A stretch of DNA of 64,000 bases from an uncultured Clostridium sp. (lineage in GTDB: Bacteria > Bacillota > Clostridia > TANB77 > CAG-508). Shown here piece by piece: positions 24,904 through 38,200 of this stretch (position 1 is the stretch's first letter; each line of letters opens with the position of its first letter). The notes below the pieces were generated by a model. That model did not search any database and had not been told where the DNA came from. It worked only from the letters and a program-made list of their open reading frames with translations. The stretch spans positions 7,625 to 71,624 of the forward strand of contig CAOJKP010000004.1 in assembly GCA_948438085.1 (NCBI GenBank), written 5' to 3'. The position numbers and the translations under genes are program-made.

Positions 24904-26064
24904 CTATTCTGCAACATTTAATATATATGGGTCATCTTTTGTTCCTAATCCACTCTCAACTTTTACATTTGGCTTTAATGTAACTACAGGTCTAATAGCT
25001 ATTGTTACGTTCGAGCCAACTGATACAAAACTATTTCTTTGAGAATAATAATATAAACCTTTTAAATTTTCATCCATTACAATCGTAAATACCATTCCTT
25101 TTCCTTCAACATATTCTTGAAGCCAATTTATATTATAGTTTCTAATTTCACTAATAGTTAATGCTCCTCTAACATTTGTGGCATATTTATTATTTAAATA
25201 TTTTGTAAAATTATCTGAACTGTTAATGTAATTATAATTTTGACTATTATTACTATTAAAAAATACTGCCTCTGGTGTACCTGCTGCTACTAATCTAACA
25301 ATATTATTTTCTGTATATGCAACTCTCCACCTAGTATCAGTTGAAGCAACTCCAATTGGAGTAGAACCACTAATTCCTGAAATTACATTTTCATACTCTA
25401 CAGGATAAGCAACATAGTCCCCTGCTTTTAACTCTATCTTTTCCCCTACTTCAAATCTACTTGGTTTATTTATAGTTATTCCTTCTTTATATTCTACCTT
25501 TGCTATTATTGTTTCTATACCCAATGTATTTATAGGTTGTGTATATTCTTGCCATGTTTCTCCTTCATCAATACTATAATATTTGTTTACATTATGTATG
25601 TCTGGATAATTTATTGTTACTGTGTGATTCTCCTTTTCCATAGTTAAATCTGGAGTTCCTACAAATGTATATAATTTAGGTTGCTCTCCTACACTTTTTA
25701 TGTTTGCTTGTAATATTTCTCCTTGCTTTACTATTCTATCTATAGCTATTTTCTTCCTATTACATTCTATTTCTACTCCATCATTTAAACTTATTTTATC
25801 TATTTCATTTTTATTTTCCATATATAATATTATTTGTTGTTTATCATCTGTTTGTTCTATTAATTCATAATCTATTTTTATTGTTTCCTCTTGCATATTT
25901 TTAGCATTATTTTTAATATACTTTTCTATTATATTTTCTCTTAATAAAAAACATATTGATATAACTGTAAATAATAAAACTATTATTAATACAATTGTAG
26001 TAAAACAATATTTATATGATTTATTCTTTTTTAATTCATATTTATTGATATTAATCTTATTCAT
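24904..26064 (-). CDS. Membrane-anchored hypothetical surface protein (N-terminal TM; C-terminal region resembles the domain in 47821..48987)
   Basis: 386-aa ORF with RBS AAAGGAGAAAAATG and TM helix FTTIVLIIVLLFTVISICFLL. The C-terminal motif IAIRPVVTL...GTKDDPYIL is typical of Firmicutes secreted proteins of unknown function. Confidence 0.7.
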   Translation of the reverse strand: MNKININKYELKKNKSYKYCFTTIVLIIVLLFTVISICFLLRENIIEKYIKNNAKNMQEETIKIDYELIEQTDDKQQIILYMENKNEIDKISLNDGVEIECNRKKIAIDRIVKQGEILQANIKSVGEQPKLYTFVGTPDLTMEKENHTVTINYPDIHNVNKYYSIDEGETWQEYTQPINTLGIETIIAKVEYKEGITINKPSRFEVGEKIELKAGDYVAYPVEYENVISGISGSTPIGVASTDTRWRVAYTENNIVRLVAAGTPEAVFFNSNNSQNYNYINSSDNFTKYLNNKYATNVRGALTISEIRNYNINWLQEYVEGKGMVFTIVMDENLKGLYYYSQRNSFVSVGSNVTIAIRPVVTLKPNVKVESGLGTKDDPYILNVAE

Positions 26065-26230
26065 TTTTCTCCTTTTACCATTTGTTAATTATAACAAATT
26101 TTACATTTAATATTTTTCTACAATTCATATTAAATAACATTTCTAATGTATTTATCAAAGATACACTTCCAAATGTTAGATAAAATATCTAACATTTGGA
26201 GTGATTTTCCTTTTGTGTTCTTTTAGGTTA

Positions 26231-29200
26231 TTATTCTGCTAATCTATTTTTTATTGCAACTGAATCTATAGGTCTTAATCTTCCATCTGAATCTACATCT
26301 AATGCTCTTTTTTGCAATCCAGTAAATTCACCTTGATCTGAATTTATTTGTTTTATTGCTAATGAATCTTGAGTTGTTAACCATCCATCTCCATTACCAT
26401 CACCTTTTACGGCTAATTTATAATTCAATTCTTGACTACCCTTTATTGCCTTTATGCTTCCTCCTGTTTTTATACGAGTTGTTCCTGTAATTTCAGTTCC
26501 ATCTGGATCGTATACTTTTATAGTATCAGCATTTGTATCTAAGTTTCCAATAAATTCGTCTACTGTTATTCCTAAATAGTCTCTTGTTCTCTTTTTAAGC
26601 ATAGTTTTTGTATCTATAAATGGTTCATCTATTGTATATGTTCTAACTCTTGGATCATTATGTCCTGTAAATGGTACATCTTCTTGTTGGAATACATCAT
26701 ATATTACTTCACCAGTATCATCAAGTTTTGATTTTAAATATAATGGGTCTTCTTCTACAGATTCATCTTTTTCATTTTCTATATTAATTTCAACTGTATT
26801 ATTTGCAAAACTTGTTACTTCTATAATTGATACTTCTTGTCCATTTACTACAACTTCTGCATTTGTTACTATTAGTTTATTTGTATCATTTGGATTTTCT
26901 TCAAATGTTATTTTAAATATTTGTGGCTTATCATTTAATATATAGCCATTTGGAGCCATATTTTCTGTAATTACATATTCGTAAACTCCTGCTTCTTCAG
27001 GTACTTTTATTTCTAATATTTGTATTTTTCCATCTTCTTTTGTTCTTGATAATACTCTTTGTCCATTTTCTAATGCTACTGTTATTTCTGCTTCACTAGG
27101 TATTATTTCTTTTGTTTTAGAGTCAATTTTTGTTAATATTATATTATATTCTCCTGTTTTTGCATCTGGGTTATCTGGATTATCTGGAATTTCTGGCTCC
27201 ACTGTATTAGTAATATCTAGCTTTATTTTATTTTCATCCAGAGTAGCATTTTTTACATTTCCTCCTTGTGATTCAACTACTATATTAGTTGCTTCTAACA
27301 CAATTTCGTTATTATCATTTAATGTAAATTTAAGTTTTATTGTAATTGGCTTTTTATTTAGTTCATAACCCGTTGGTGCCATTACTTCTCTTAATGTATA
27401 TATTTTTTCTAATACATTTTGTCCATCTGGTAATGATTCTGGTTTTTCTATTTTATTAAATAGTGCTTTTCCTTCTAAATCTGTATATACATATGTTTTG
27501 TTATCTTCTTCATCTGTTAATTCAAATAATGCTTTTTTATCTTCTATTAACATATTTTCTTCTGATGGATTAAATGTTGTATTTCCTTCTTCTGGCGTTG
27601 TTGTTTCCTCTTCTAATGATGGTCTTATTACTTCACCTGTAGTAGCATCTAATTTAGTTATTTCTATTGCGTATTCATCTTTTATTTCTTCTTCCTTTGG
27701 TTTATTTAATATGTTTAAAGTCATATAGTCTTTTGCCCATTTTGGACATTCAACTAATTCATCATTTGATTTTACATCTAGTATCATATCTGCACCAAAT
27801 TCAACTTCTACTTCTAATCCATGTTCTGGAGTAATATATCCATAAGGAGTTGTTACTTCTTCAAATATTAATGTATATTTTCCTGGTTCTTTTGGCATTA
27901 CTAATTCGTCTACCCTTGTGTATCCTGTTTCTGGAACTTCTATTTCGCCTATTTTATCTTTAATATTAGTTATTTTATCCTTTAAATATACTTCAAATTT
28001 TGCAGGATTATTCTTTATTAATTTTCTTGAATTAGCATCTATTTTATTTATTACAACTGAATATTGTCCATCTCCTATTTCGTCTCTTGGTTTTACATAA
28101 ACAACTGATTTATTTGTATCTGCATAACTAAAGTCTACATCTCCACTACCTTCACTGAATTCACCTGTAGATTTGTCTTTAAAGAATTCTATATGATGTT
28201 CTGTTCCATCTAATTTAAATCCATTTGGTGCTGTTAATTCTTCTAAGTATACATTTATATATCCATATCCTTTTAATACATCGCTTACTATAACACCATT
28301 TTCATTTGTTGTCTCTACCCATTCTCTCGTTTCTCCATATTCTTCTTCTACTCTTATTCTATAGGTTCCTCCTGGTATAAGTGTAAAGTCGTTATCTATC
28401 ATTGTATGTTTTTCTAATACAAGTGTATATGATTGTCCATCTGGAACATTGTTTATATTAATATCAATATAATCTTTAGTATATCTATTTACTTGAATAT
28501 GGGAATTTTGAGATAGTACTTTTTCAATGTATTTTTGACCATTTGCATCAGCTGAATATGTTACATCCATTCTCATTTCTCCAGTATATTCTTGATATCC
28601 ATCTGGTGTTACTATTTCTTTAAAAATGTATGTACATGTTCCTGCTTCTTTTGGTCCTGCTAAACTTCCAAAATCTAATGTTCCTCTTTCATCTGCTTTT
28701 ACCTTTTTAAGTAATGTTGTCCCTTCTGCATCTGCTAAGTATACTTCAAATTCTGTTTCGTCACTTTCTATTCTGTAATTTGTAATACTATTTACTTTTT
28801 TAGCTGTCACTTTTGCTCCTGTATTTTTGAAGTTGAAAACATTCATACTTATATATTGTTTTCCATATCTTATTAGTTCTACATTTTCATCATTCCAAGC
28901 TGGCCTTGATGCTATATATAGGTTGCCTTCTTCGTCTTCAATAAATTCTACATTTATAATTATGTCATTTTCTATTCCTTCATATCCTGATGGTACTTTA
29001 ACTTCTCTTATAATATAATCATAATTTCCAGCTTTACTTGGTCTTTGTAAGTTGTTTAGTACTAATGCACCATTAGAATCTGTTTCTCCTTCACCAACTT
29101 TTACAACAGATCCATCTTCGCTTAAGTAAACTTCAAATTTTGCTGTATCATCTGTTATACGGAATCTGTCTGTCCTACTTACTTTATATAAGTACATTGT

Positions 29201-32200
29201 TAATGTTGATGGATCATCTTGTGGTTTTAAAACTACTGTTTTATTATCAGAACTTATTTTATAATCTACATCACATGCTATTGGTATTGGTGTGATTTCT
29301 CCTGTTACTTTATCTCTTGTAAATTCCATATGTTTTGTCCTTGGATCTAGTTCAAAGTTTGCTGGTGCTTCTATTTCTGTTATTGCTACTCTAATATTTC
29401 CATATCCAAAGAAGTCTCTGCTTATAAGCTTTCCATCTTCATTTGTATATTGTTGCCATGTAATATCTACACCAAATTCTTCTATCACTCTTATTTCATA
29501 TTTTGCTCCTGGTATTAGTACTGGTGGTTGTGGTGGTGTGTTTTCATCTTTAGATTCTTCTATATTACTTCCTCCTGCAATTTTATCTATTTGAATTACA
29601 TATGGTGTATCTATTGCAGATAATTCGTTTTCAATTGTTGTAGGTAATACTTTTCTTCCTAATATTCCAACATCTACCCATTCTCTCCTGTCTATTACTC
29701 TTATTCCATTTTCAACTTTATAACTTACTATTTCTAGTCCTCTTTGTTCTGCTATTTTTGTAATTGTAGTATCGCTTAGTATTTCATATTTAGTTATATT
29801 ATTATTTATATCATAGCTTACTTTAAGTACTACATCTGGCAATAAATCGAAATTATCTATTGCTTGTTCTTTTATTGTATATATAAATGTATTTCCTGAA
29901 CCTAATATTGGCACATTAATTGTCGCATATCCATTATCATTTGTTGCCGTAGTTGTTACATTTATATCAGTATCTACCATTTCTCCATTTTCAATTTTTT
30001 GTGCAGTTATATTAAATACTGCTCCACTAAGGCGTTTTGTTTGATTTTTTCTATCTTTATAAATTTTAGTTAAATTTATAATTAAGTTTGGATTATTTCT
30101 AATTACAACTGTTATTTCTCTATTTGGTACACTTATTGTTACATCAGCATTATCAAAATCTGAACTTACAAATGTTAGATTTATATCTGCTGTAGTAGAT
30201 ACTCCTGTATCTATATTATCTTTTTCAATAACAATTTTTCCTGATGTTGTATTATTTCCTGACTCATATCCTTCTAAGAATACTACTTGATTAATATTTA
30301 TTTCTATTTTACCTTCAAAGTCTGCTGAAATTGATGGTGATATATATGTTCCAGATTGTGTTGTTATCCCATATAATCCTGGATTATTTCTTGTTTGTGC
30401 TAAAACATTCTTATATAAATTATTTCCTGTCTCAACATCGTTTGCTTCTATTTCAAATATTGATCCATTAAGTCTTGCTCCAGATTCTGAATCCTCAGAT
30501 ACTACTTTTAATTTAAATCCTTGATTTAGAGCTCCATTTGCGATTTCTACATTAATGCTATGTGATAATCCTGTCATACTTCCCATATAAGCATTTGTTC
30601 TTGGAGAATTTTCTGTAATTCCTGTTTTTGGATTAACTCTTCCATACGAATCGAATAATACAAATACTTCTATATCTAATATTTCTCCATATGGTTCATT
30701 TGTTATTGGATTTAGTGGTGGTGTTATTTCTTTAAATGTATATTTAACTTTTTGATTTTGTGGTGCTACTCCTAAATCAAAATATAGCTTTCCATTTCCA
30801 TCTGTTATATCGTCAACTCCTACAGTTGTAATTGTAACTGAATCTTGTGGTATTGGTTCTACTACTTGTTTTGTTATTTCAAATTTAGCATTTTTTAATA
30901 ACTGATTTGTATCTATATCATGTTTTATCATTGTTAATTCTAATTTTGTTTCATTTTTAAATATTACTTGTATTGTTCCAAATACTTCATTTATTATTAA
31001 TGTTGCTTTTGTCGATGTTGCTTTATCGATTGTAACTTCATATGTTTTGTCTCCTGTAATATTGTTTATATCAGGTCCTATATATTCATATCCCCTACTT
31101 GTTAAATCGGCTTCATCTAAATCAATTGTATATTCTATTTCACCTTTATTTACAACAAATGTTATATCATTTAATAGATTTGCTCTATATCCTTCTCCTA
31201 TTCCATCTGGAGCTTCGGCTACTCTAATCTCAATTCTTCCATTTTCTGTTCTGCTTAAATACTGTACTATTCCATTTGTGTTTGTAAATCCTTGTGGTAA
31301 TACTATTCCATTAATTGTTGTATTATATTTTGTTCCATATATTCCCAAACCTTGATAATTTGTATCTTCATCTTTTACTAGTAAGTCATATGAATTATCA
31401 TTTGGTACTCTTAATGCTATATGAACTGGTTTTCCTCCTGTATATTTTATTTGTGAACCAAGTGCTACTTGTACTTCCACATTACTTGGATTTGATAATA
31501 CTTGATAGTTTCCTATTCTACCATCTGTATTGTATCTAACCTGTAATACTACATCTTGAATTTTTCTATAACTATTTGGTTTTGTAATCTCTTTAATTGT
31601 ATATTTTACAACTAATGGAGATTGTCTTTTATTGAATTCATCTATTACTTCTGTTACTACTCCATTTGCATCTGTTACTATTTGCGTTTCTATTGTTTGT
31701 CCAGATACAAGTTCTTTTATTACGTTAAATTCTATACCACTCATTAGTTCATTAGTTGTTTTATCGTATTTTGTAAGTCCAATTTTTACATCTTTTGGCA
31801 TATTTGTTACAACTACTTTTACATATTTTTGGTTTACAAACGCACTTTTATTTATAGAGTAATTTGCTGGTGCTGGATTAAGTATTGTATATTGTTCTAT
31901 TTTTCCATCATTTTTAAATTTCACTTGAAGTGTTGCTACATTTGTATTTGTGTGATATCCAGATACAGTATTTACTTGTTTTATTGTATAATTTACGGTT
32001 TGTCCTTTATATGGTTCTCCAATATATACTTCAAAGAATCCATTGTTATTTGTTATTGGTGTTCCTTGTACTGTATCTCCCATAGAACTTGTTATTTCGA
32101 ATTGTCCTCCTGGTATTTTTACACCAGGATAAAATTCATCTTGCAATTCTAATTGTATTGTAAAACATGGTCTATCATATAAATTTGCTACTAAATCTTT

Positions 32201-35200
32201 GTGTCTTGTTTCTTCTATAGTAGGTGCATATTTTGCAACTTCTACTTGTTTATATTGTTCTTGTATTAATTTTTCAGATGAATTCACATTTGTTGATAAT
32301 ATGGTTCCATTATTTCCAAATTGTACAGTTAAATCAAATATTTCTAAAGGTAAATATCCACTTGGTGCTGTTATTTCTGAAATTGTATACGTAACTGTTT
32401 GCCCTGGATATATTATCCCTAAAGTATTTATTGCAGAAGGTCTTGCTGTTACATTTAGTCCTTTATTAGATGTTATTCCAAATACTGCATTTAATCTTTT
32501 AGTTGTTTCATATTTATCAAATTTAAATAATTCTACATTAAATTTTCTATAACATAATATATCTAACTCTAGTGTTGTTTCATTCCATGATACTGGCACT
32601 GCATTAGGCTCTCCATATGAATTTACACTTATTACAACTGCATTAGTAATTCTACCATATTGATCATGTGTTATTTGTAATTCAATTGTTCCTGGTAATT
32701 CATAATTTTCATTTCTATTTCCTCTAAAGTCAGTTCCTATTGTGTAATGTGTATCTGAAAGTGTATTGTTTCCTCCCCAGTATGTCCAACTTACTTTTCC
32801 TGATGAGTTTACTTCATAATAATTTTGAGTTCTATATTCATATGAACGACTTGTAAGTATTGATGATTGGTTCATAAATGGATATACCCTTAAATTTCCT
32901 ATAGGTGCTTTTGTTACTTGATCTAATATATTTACTTTTATAGTTGTTGTTGGTTTATATTCAATATCTAAGCATATTGAATGTGGATTACCATATTGAC
33001 TTTTAGCAGTTTTTACATACATTGTTCCATCTGGTGTATTATTATTATCTATAGACTTACCTGGTGCTATATCATATCTGTCTATTTCTCCTTTTGCATT
33101 ATAATATACATCTACATATGTTAATAATTTTCTATTTCTATAATCACTACCAGAATTATACCTTGGCTCATATTGTTGATACTGTATTGTATTTGCATTT
33201 GGCTCAGTTATTTCGTATATATATACTCTTCTAACTACTTCTCCTTCTTGAGTAAATAATGTTGCATTGTCTTTGCTTTCTATTGGTGCAAATCCTGCCA
33301 TTGGTCCTACTAAATCTGTATTAGTAGTATATTGTATTGTATATGGATTTCCATATACCCATTTTGAATCATACCTATTTCCTACTGAATATCCATCTCC
33401 TATATACCCTGCTTTTATTATTTGTTTTTGATATTCTGTTCCACCTACATTATATCCATATGTTGTACTTATTTCGAATTTTGCATCTTTTAGGCGGTCT
33501 TTTGTATATTCATCTATTGCATTAATTCCAAATTGTAGCATTGGGAAGTAATGTAGTCTTATTTTTAATGTATATTTTCCTGGTGTATATTCTATTGTTA
33601 TATATTGTTGTATTTGTGGCATTGGATAATGTAATTCGTTATAAATGCTTGCATTAGTAAGTTTTCCTTCATCATCAAGTGAAACTTCTACAATCATTCT
33701 ATATTTCATCGCTTGATATACTGTTGATGTTGATGTGGTATTTTGATAATAAGTATTTGGTGTATTTTGTGGTGTAATATAGATATACCCATGAGTAAAT
33801 GGCTTTCCTTCATCATCTACCATTTCTCCATATGTTTGGTAATCTTCTCCATAAGCTACATCTGGTGAACCATCATGGTCATCATCTCTTCCTGCTTTCA
33901 TTGTTAATGTTCCCATATCTACCATATTACTTGAACCACTTGATGTTGGTGAATAGTTAGTTAATTTCATTTCTACCTTATAATCATCTGTAGTTGTAGT
34001 TCCATCATTATTTGTAACTACACGTTGTAATTTCTTTCCTGGATCATATCTATCTTCTACAATCATGTGAACACCAAATTCTTCTATTTCTTCGTTTACT
34101 ACTATAGTATCAATTGTAAAATTATATGCATCTGCACCTGTTATTTCTATTAATTCACTACCTTGTGTTATTCTGTAACCATTAGGTACTATTACTCTTC
34201 CATCTTGGTCATAATCTACCTCTACTTTTATTTCATTATCTATCCATTTATATCCAACTGCTTTTTTGGTTTCTTTTATTGTATATTCTATTGTTTTATT
34301 GTCATATGTATAGTCTATTCCAAATATTAATTCACCTTGTACACCAGCTGAACCTGTTATACCTGTTAAATCTACTATTGTTTCGTTGGTACTTTTATCT
34401 ACACCTTTTAATGAGAATGTTACATTATTTATATCTTGTGTTTTTTCTTCATCTTTTTTATTTATTTTTAGTTTTAATAATGGATTATTTCTTATTTGTA
34501 TATTTACTTCAAATTGATCATATATTGTTACTCTTTGATCTGCTGGTATTGTTGAAATTTCTACATAAGGAAGTGATGTTAATATTTCATTTCCACTTTC
34601 ATCAACTTTTATTAATTCTGGTGGATTTGTAGTAGATACATATCCATCATTATCGAAATATACTTTTAACATTATTGGATCTATAGATTGATATCCAGCT
34701 GATGCTTTTGTTTGTCTGATTGTATAAATTGCTGTTCCACCAAGTTTTGTTTTATCTAAATATGCTATTGTTTTTCCTGTAATATTGTCTGTTGGAGCTG
34801 TCATATCTCCTGTATTTATATTTGATACTACTGAATATTCTGTTCCACCTAATTTTTTAGTAAAATCTCTTCTATCTACATTTTCAATATTAAACTTTAA
34901 TGCAGGATAGTTTAATACTTCTATGTTTACTATTCCTCTTGTATTTCCATTGTATCCTATTGTTGTATTCGTTGGTATAACAAAACTTACATTTACCCAT
35001 CTATTATCTGCATTTTGTATTGTATTTCCATTTACATCTGCTAGTGTTGCATTTGTTATTGTTTTATCTTCATTATATGTTACCTTTACATAAAAATCTT
35101 CTACTTTTGCATATCCCAATTTTGCAACTGTTTGTTTTACTAAATATGTTACTTCTGAATTCTCTCCATGTCTTCCATTATATATTTTTGCAAATCCATT

Positions 35201-38200
35201 TGCATCTGTTTCTCCTTCTGCAGTTTCATTATTGGTTGCTGTTACATTTGTTATTTCAAATTTCGCTCCTTGTAAAGGTTCTTGTGGTAAATATGCTTTA
35301 TTTTCAACTGTAAATGCTACCTTTGGTTCTATTTTTATTTTTAAATTAATCTCTCTACCACTATGTGAAACATATTCTATATAATCTCCATTTACAGTAG
35401 GTGTTCCTGTAATAATTCCATCATTATCATATTGAACTTGGAATGTTTGATTTGGTATTATATTGTATGCATATGTTGCTGTACTTACATCTATATTTTG
35501 TAATGTATATGTTTGGATTGCTCCTGGTAATACATATCCTACTTTTAATTGATTTGTACCCTCTGCTACAATATTAATAGATTCTGGAATTTTATATTTA
35601 ATTCCAAGTACATCTTGACCAGATGCTTCATCTACTGTTTGTATATTTACCGTAAGTTTTGGTTGTGGTTCTACTAATAATTGTATATCTATATCATTAC
35701 CTTTAGTTGTATTTGTTGCAATTATTGACCATGTTGTTCCAAATCCTGCATCTGTTTGTCCTGCCATAGTTTGAGCTAAATCTACTTTACCTTCTCCGTC
35801 AAAATACACTTGTACTTCTATTTCTGGATTCATATCTTTATAATATGGTGCTGCAGTAGCTGTTTTTATTTTATATGTAATTGGTCCTTCAGATTTATAG
35901 CTTCCCCCTACCAACATGCTTGTTTTTCCTTCTTGATTAGTAGGTCCAGAAATTTGATATGCTCCTTTTGATGTTGTAACATTAAATTTGTAGCCACTTA
36001 CTGGCGATAATTCTTCTTTATCTAATGCTTTTATACCAAATTTAAATGTATCTTGTTCATAATCTATTAATTTTAATGATAACTCTTTTTTCATTGTTCC
36101 ATCATCTAGCATAATATCATTATCATATTCAATTACAGCTCTTGGTGGATTATACGCTGTTGATTCTAATTGTATACTAATTGCTTTTGTTATTTCATCT
36201 ATTTTAGTTACTCTTATAAGTTCTGCTGTGTTATTTACTTGATACCCAACTGGTGCTTCTATTTCTTGTATTTCTATAGTTGCTTGTTCGCTTACGAAAA
36301 ATCCTGTTAGTTCTATTGCATCTGTTACTTCTTTTTCGTATGTTGATATTGTTCCTGTTGGTCTTGTAACTGTAATTTTATATTTTGCTCCACTTAGTTC
36401 TTCTCCATTACTGCTATATTTAGATAAATCTATTGAGAAGTTTCCAATATCTCCATAATTTGTATATAAATCTAATTCTACTCTAGATTCATATCCATAT
36501 GATGTTAGGTATCCACTGTGTTTTGAATATATTTCAAGACGTTTTCCAACAATTATATCTAAATTCTTTAATTCTACCTGACTAGAATTTGGATTAAATC
36601 TGTATACTATTCTATATTTTACTAAACTTGATGGTATTTCTTCTCCTGAAATTAAATCGTATTCTACAACAGTAAAATTATATGTTACTGTTGTTCCATC
36701 ATCTGGTATCTTTGTAACTCTAATTAATCTTAATAAATCAATTTCTCCATTATCGTCGGTTGTTGCTTCTATTGGTTCTTCACTTATTGGCTTTCCATTA
36801 TCAACACGTACTAAATCTGGTTCTTCAGCAGATACTCTTAATCCTATTCCTGATACAAATCCTCCATCTTCATCTTTTTTTGTTACATGAAGATTTAAAT
36901 ATGTATCTTCTGTTGTTATTACTTCATTTTTATGATTGTATACAATAGCATCTCCATAAATTGATGTTCCCATTCCTAGTCCTTCACTCTGACTATGTGG
37001 AGAGTCTGTTATTAATTTTAATGTTCCATCTTCGTTTGTTATTGATATATCTTGTGTTTTCCCTTCTATTTTATATCCTTCTGCAGTTGCTACTTGCCAT
37101 ACTTGTATATCTATATAATTTGCTTTTATTAATGGTGTTACAATTTGACCATTCTCATCAGTTTCAACTTCTTTAATTTCTTTTCTTACAGTTTGTCCAT
37201 TCTCTAGTGTCATAACTATTATAATATTATATTTTCCACCTTTTATTGGTGCTTGTGGATTCTTTGACTGTAATTGTACTGTAAAATCGCATCCTTTTGT
37301 ATATTGTAAATCTAATCCTAATTCTACATATTGTCCTATTAATGCTGAATCTGTATTTGATTCATCTATTGGTTCATATTTTAATACTGGACTAGCAAGA
37401 CTTGCTGCCATATATGTATAGTCTATTTTTCCATTTTCATCAAATTCTACATCTATTCTTACATTTCCTGTTTTATTATCCTCAGTTACATTTTTTGCAT
37501 AATCATATCCTGCTGGTGGATTCAATATTTCTATTTCATATGTATATTTTCCTTTTGCTTCATTTGGAAGAGCAAATTCAACTATTCCCTTTTCATTTGA
37601 AACAAGTGTATATGTTGTTCCATCAGATAGTTTTATTAAATTTACTGAAATACCACTTAATTTTACTCTTTCGTCTGTTGTTTCTACTAATTCAATTCTT
37701 ACAATATTTTGATCTTTCTTCTTTACTGATTTTATTGTGGCATTAACTGAATTATTAATTGTATCCTCTTGTACTCCCATTCCAACTGGTGAAGTTGCAA
37801 GTCTTTCTACTGTACCATTATTTCTATATATTGTAACACTTTTTGCAGTTGGATCTGGTGTATATGCTGGGTTTGGTGTTTCTTCAATTACTTCTATTTT
37901 TACATATCCTGCTCCAAATAACTCTGCTGTAAAGTTACCATTTGTATCTGTTACATAAGGACCATAATTCAATATTTGACCTGTATGTGTTGTTGTTTTT
38001 ATTCTATATGATGCTCCTTGAATTGGTGATGATGTTTCATCATCTTCAACATGTGCATTAAATGTAAATGATTCTTGTGCAAGTGAAAGGTTTCCTACTA
38101 TTACATTTACACTGTTTTGTGTATATGCTGGATTATCTGGAGACACTTTATCATTATCCATAATCTTCATATTAACAACATTTCCATCTTTGAACCATAC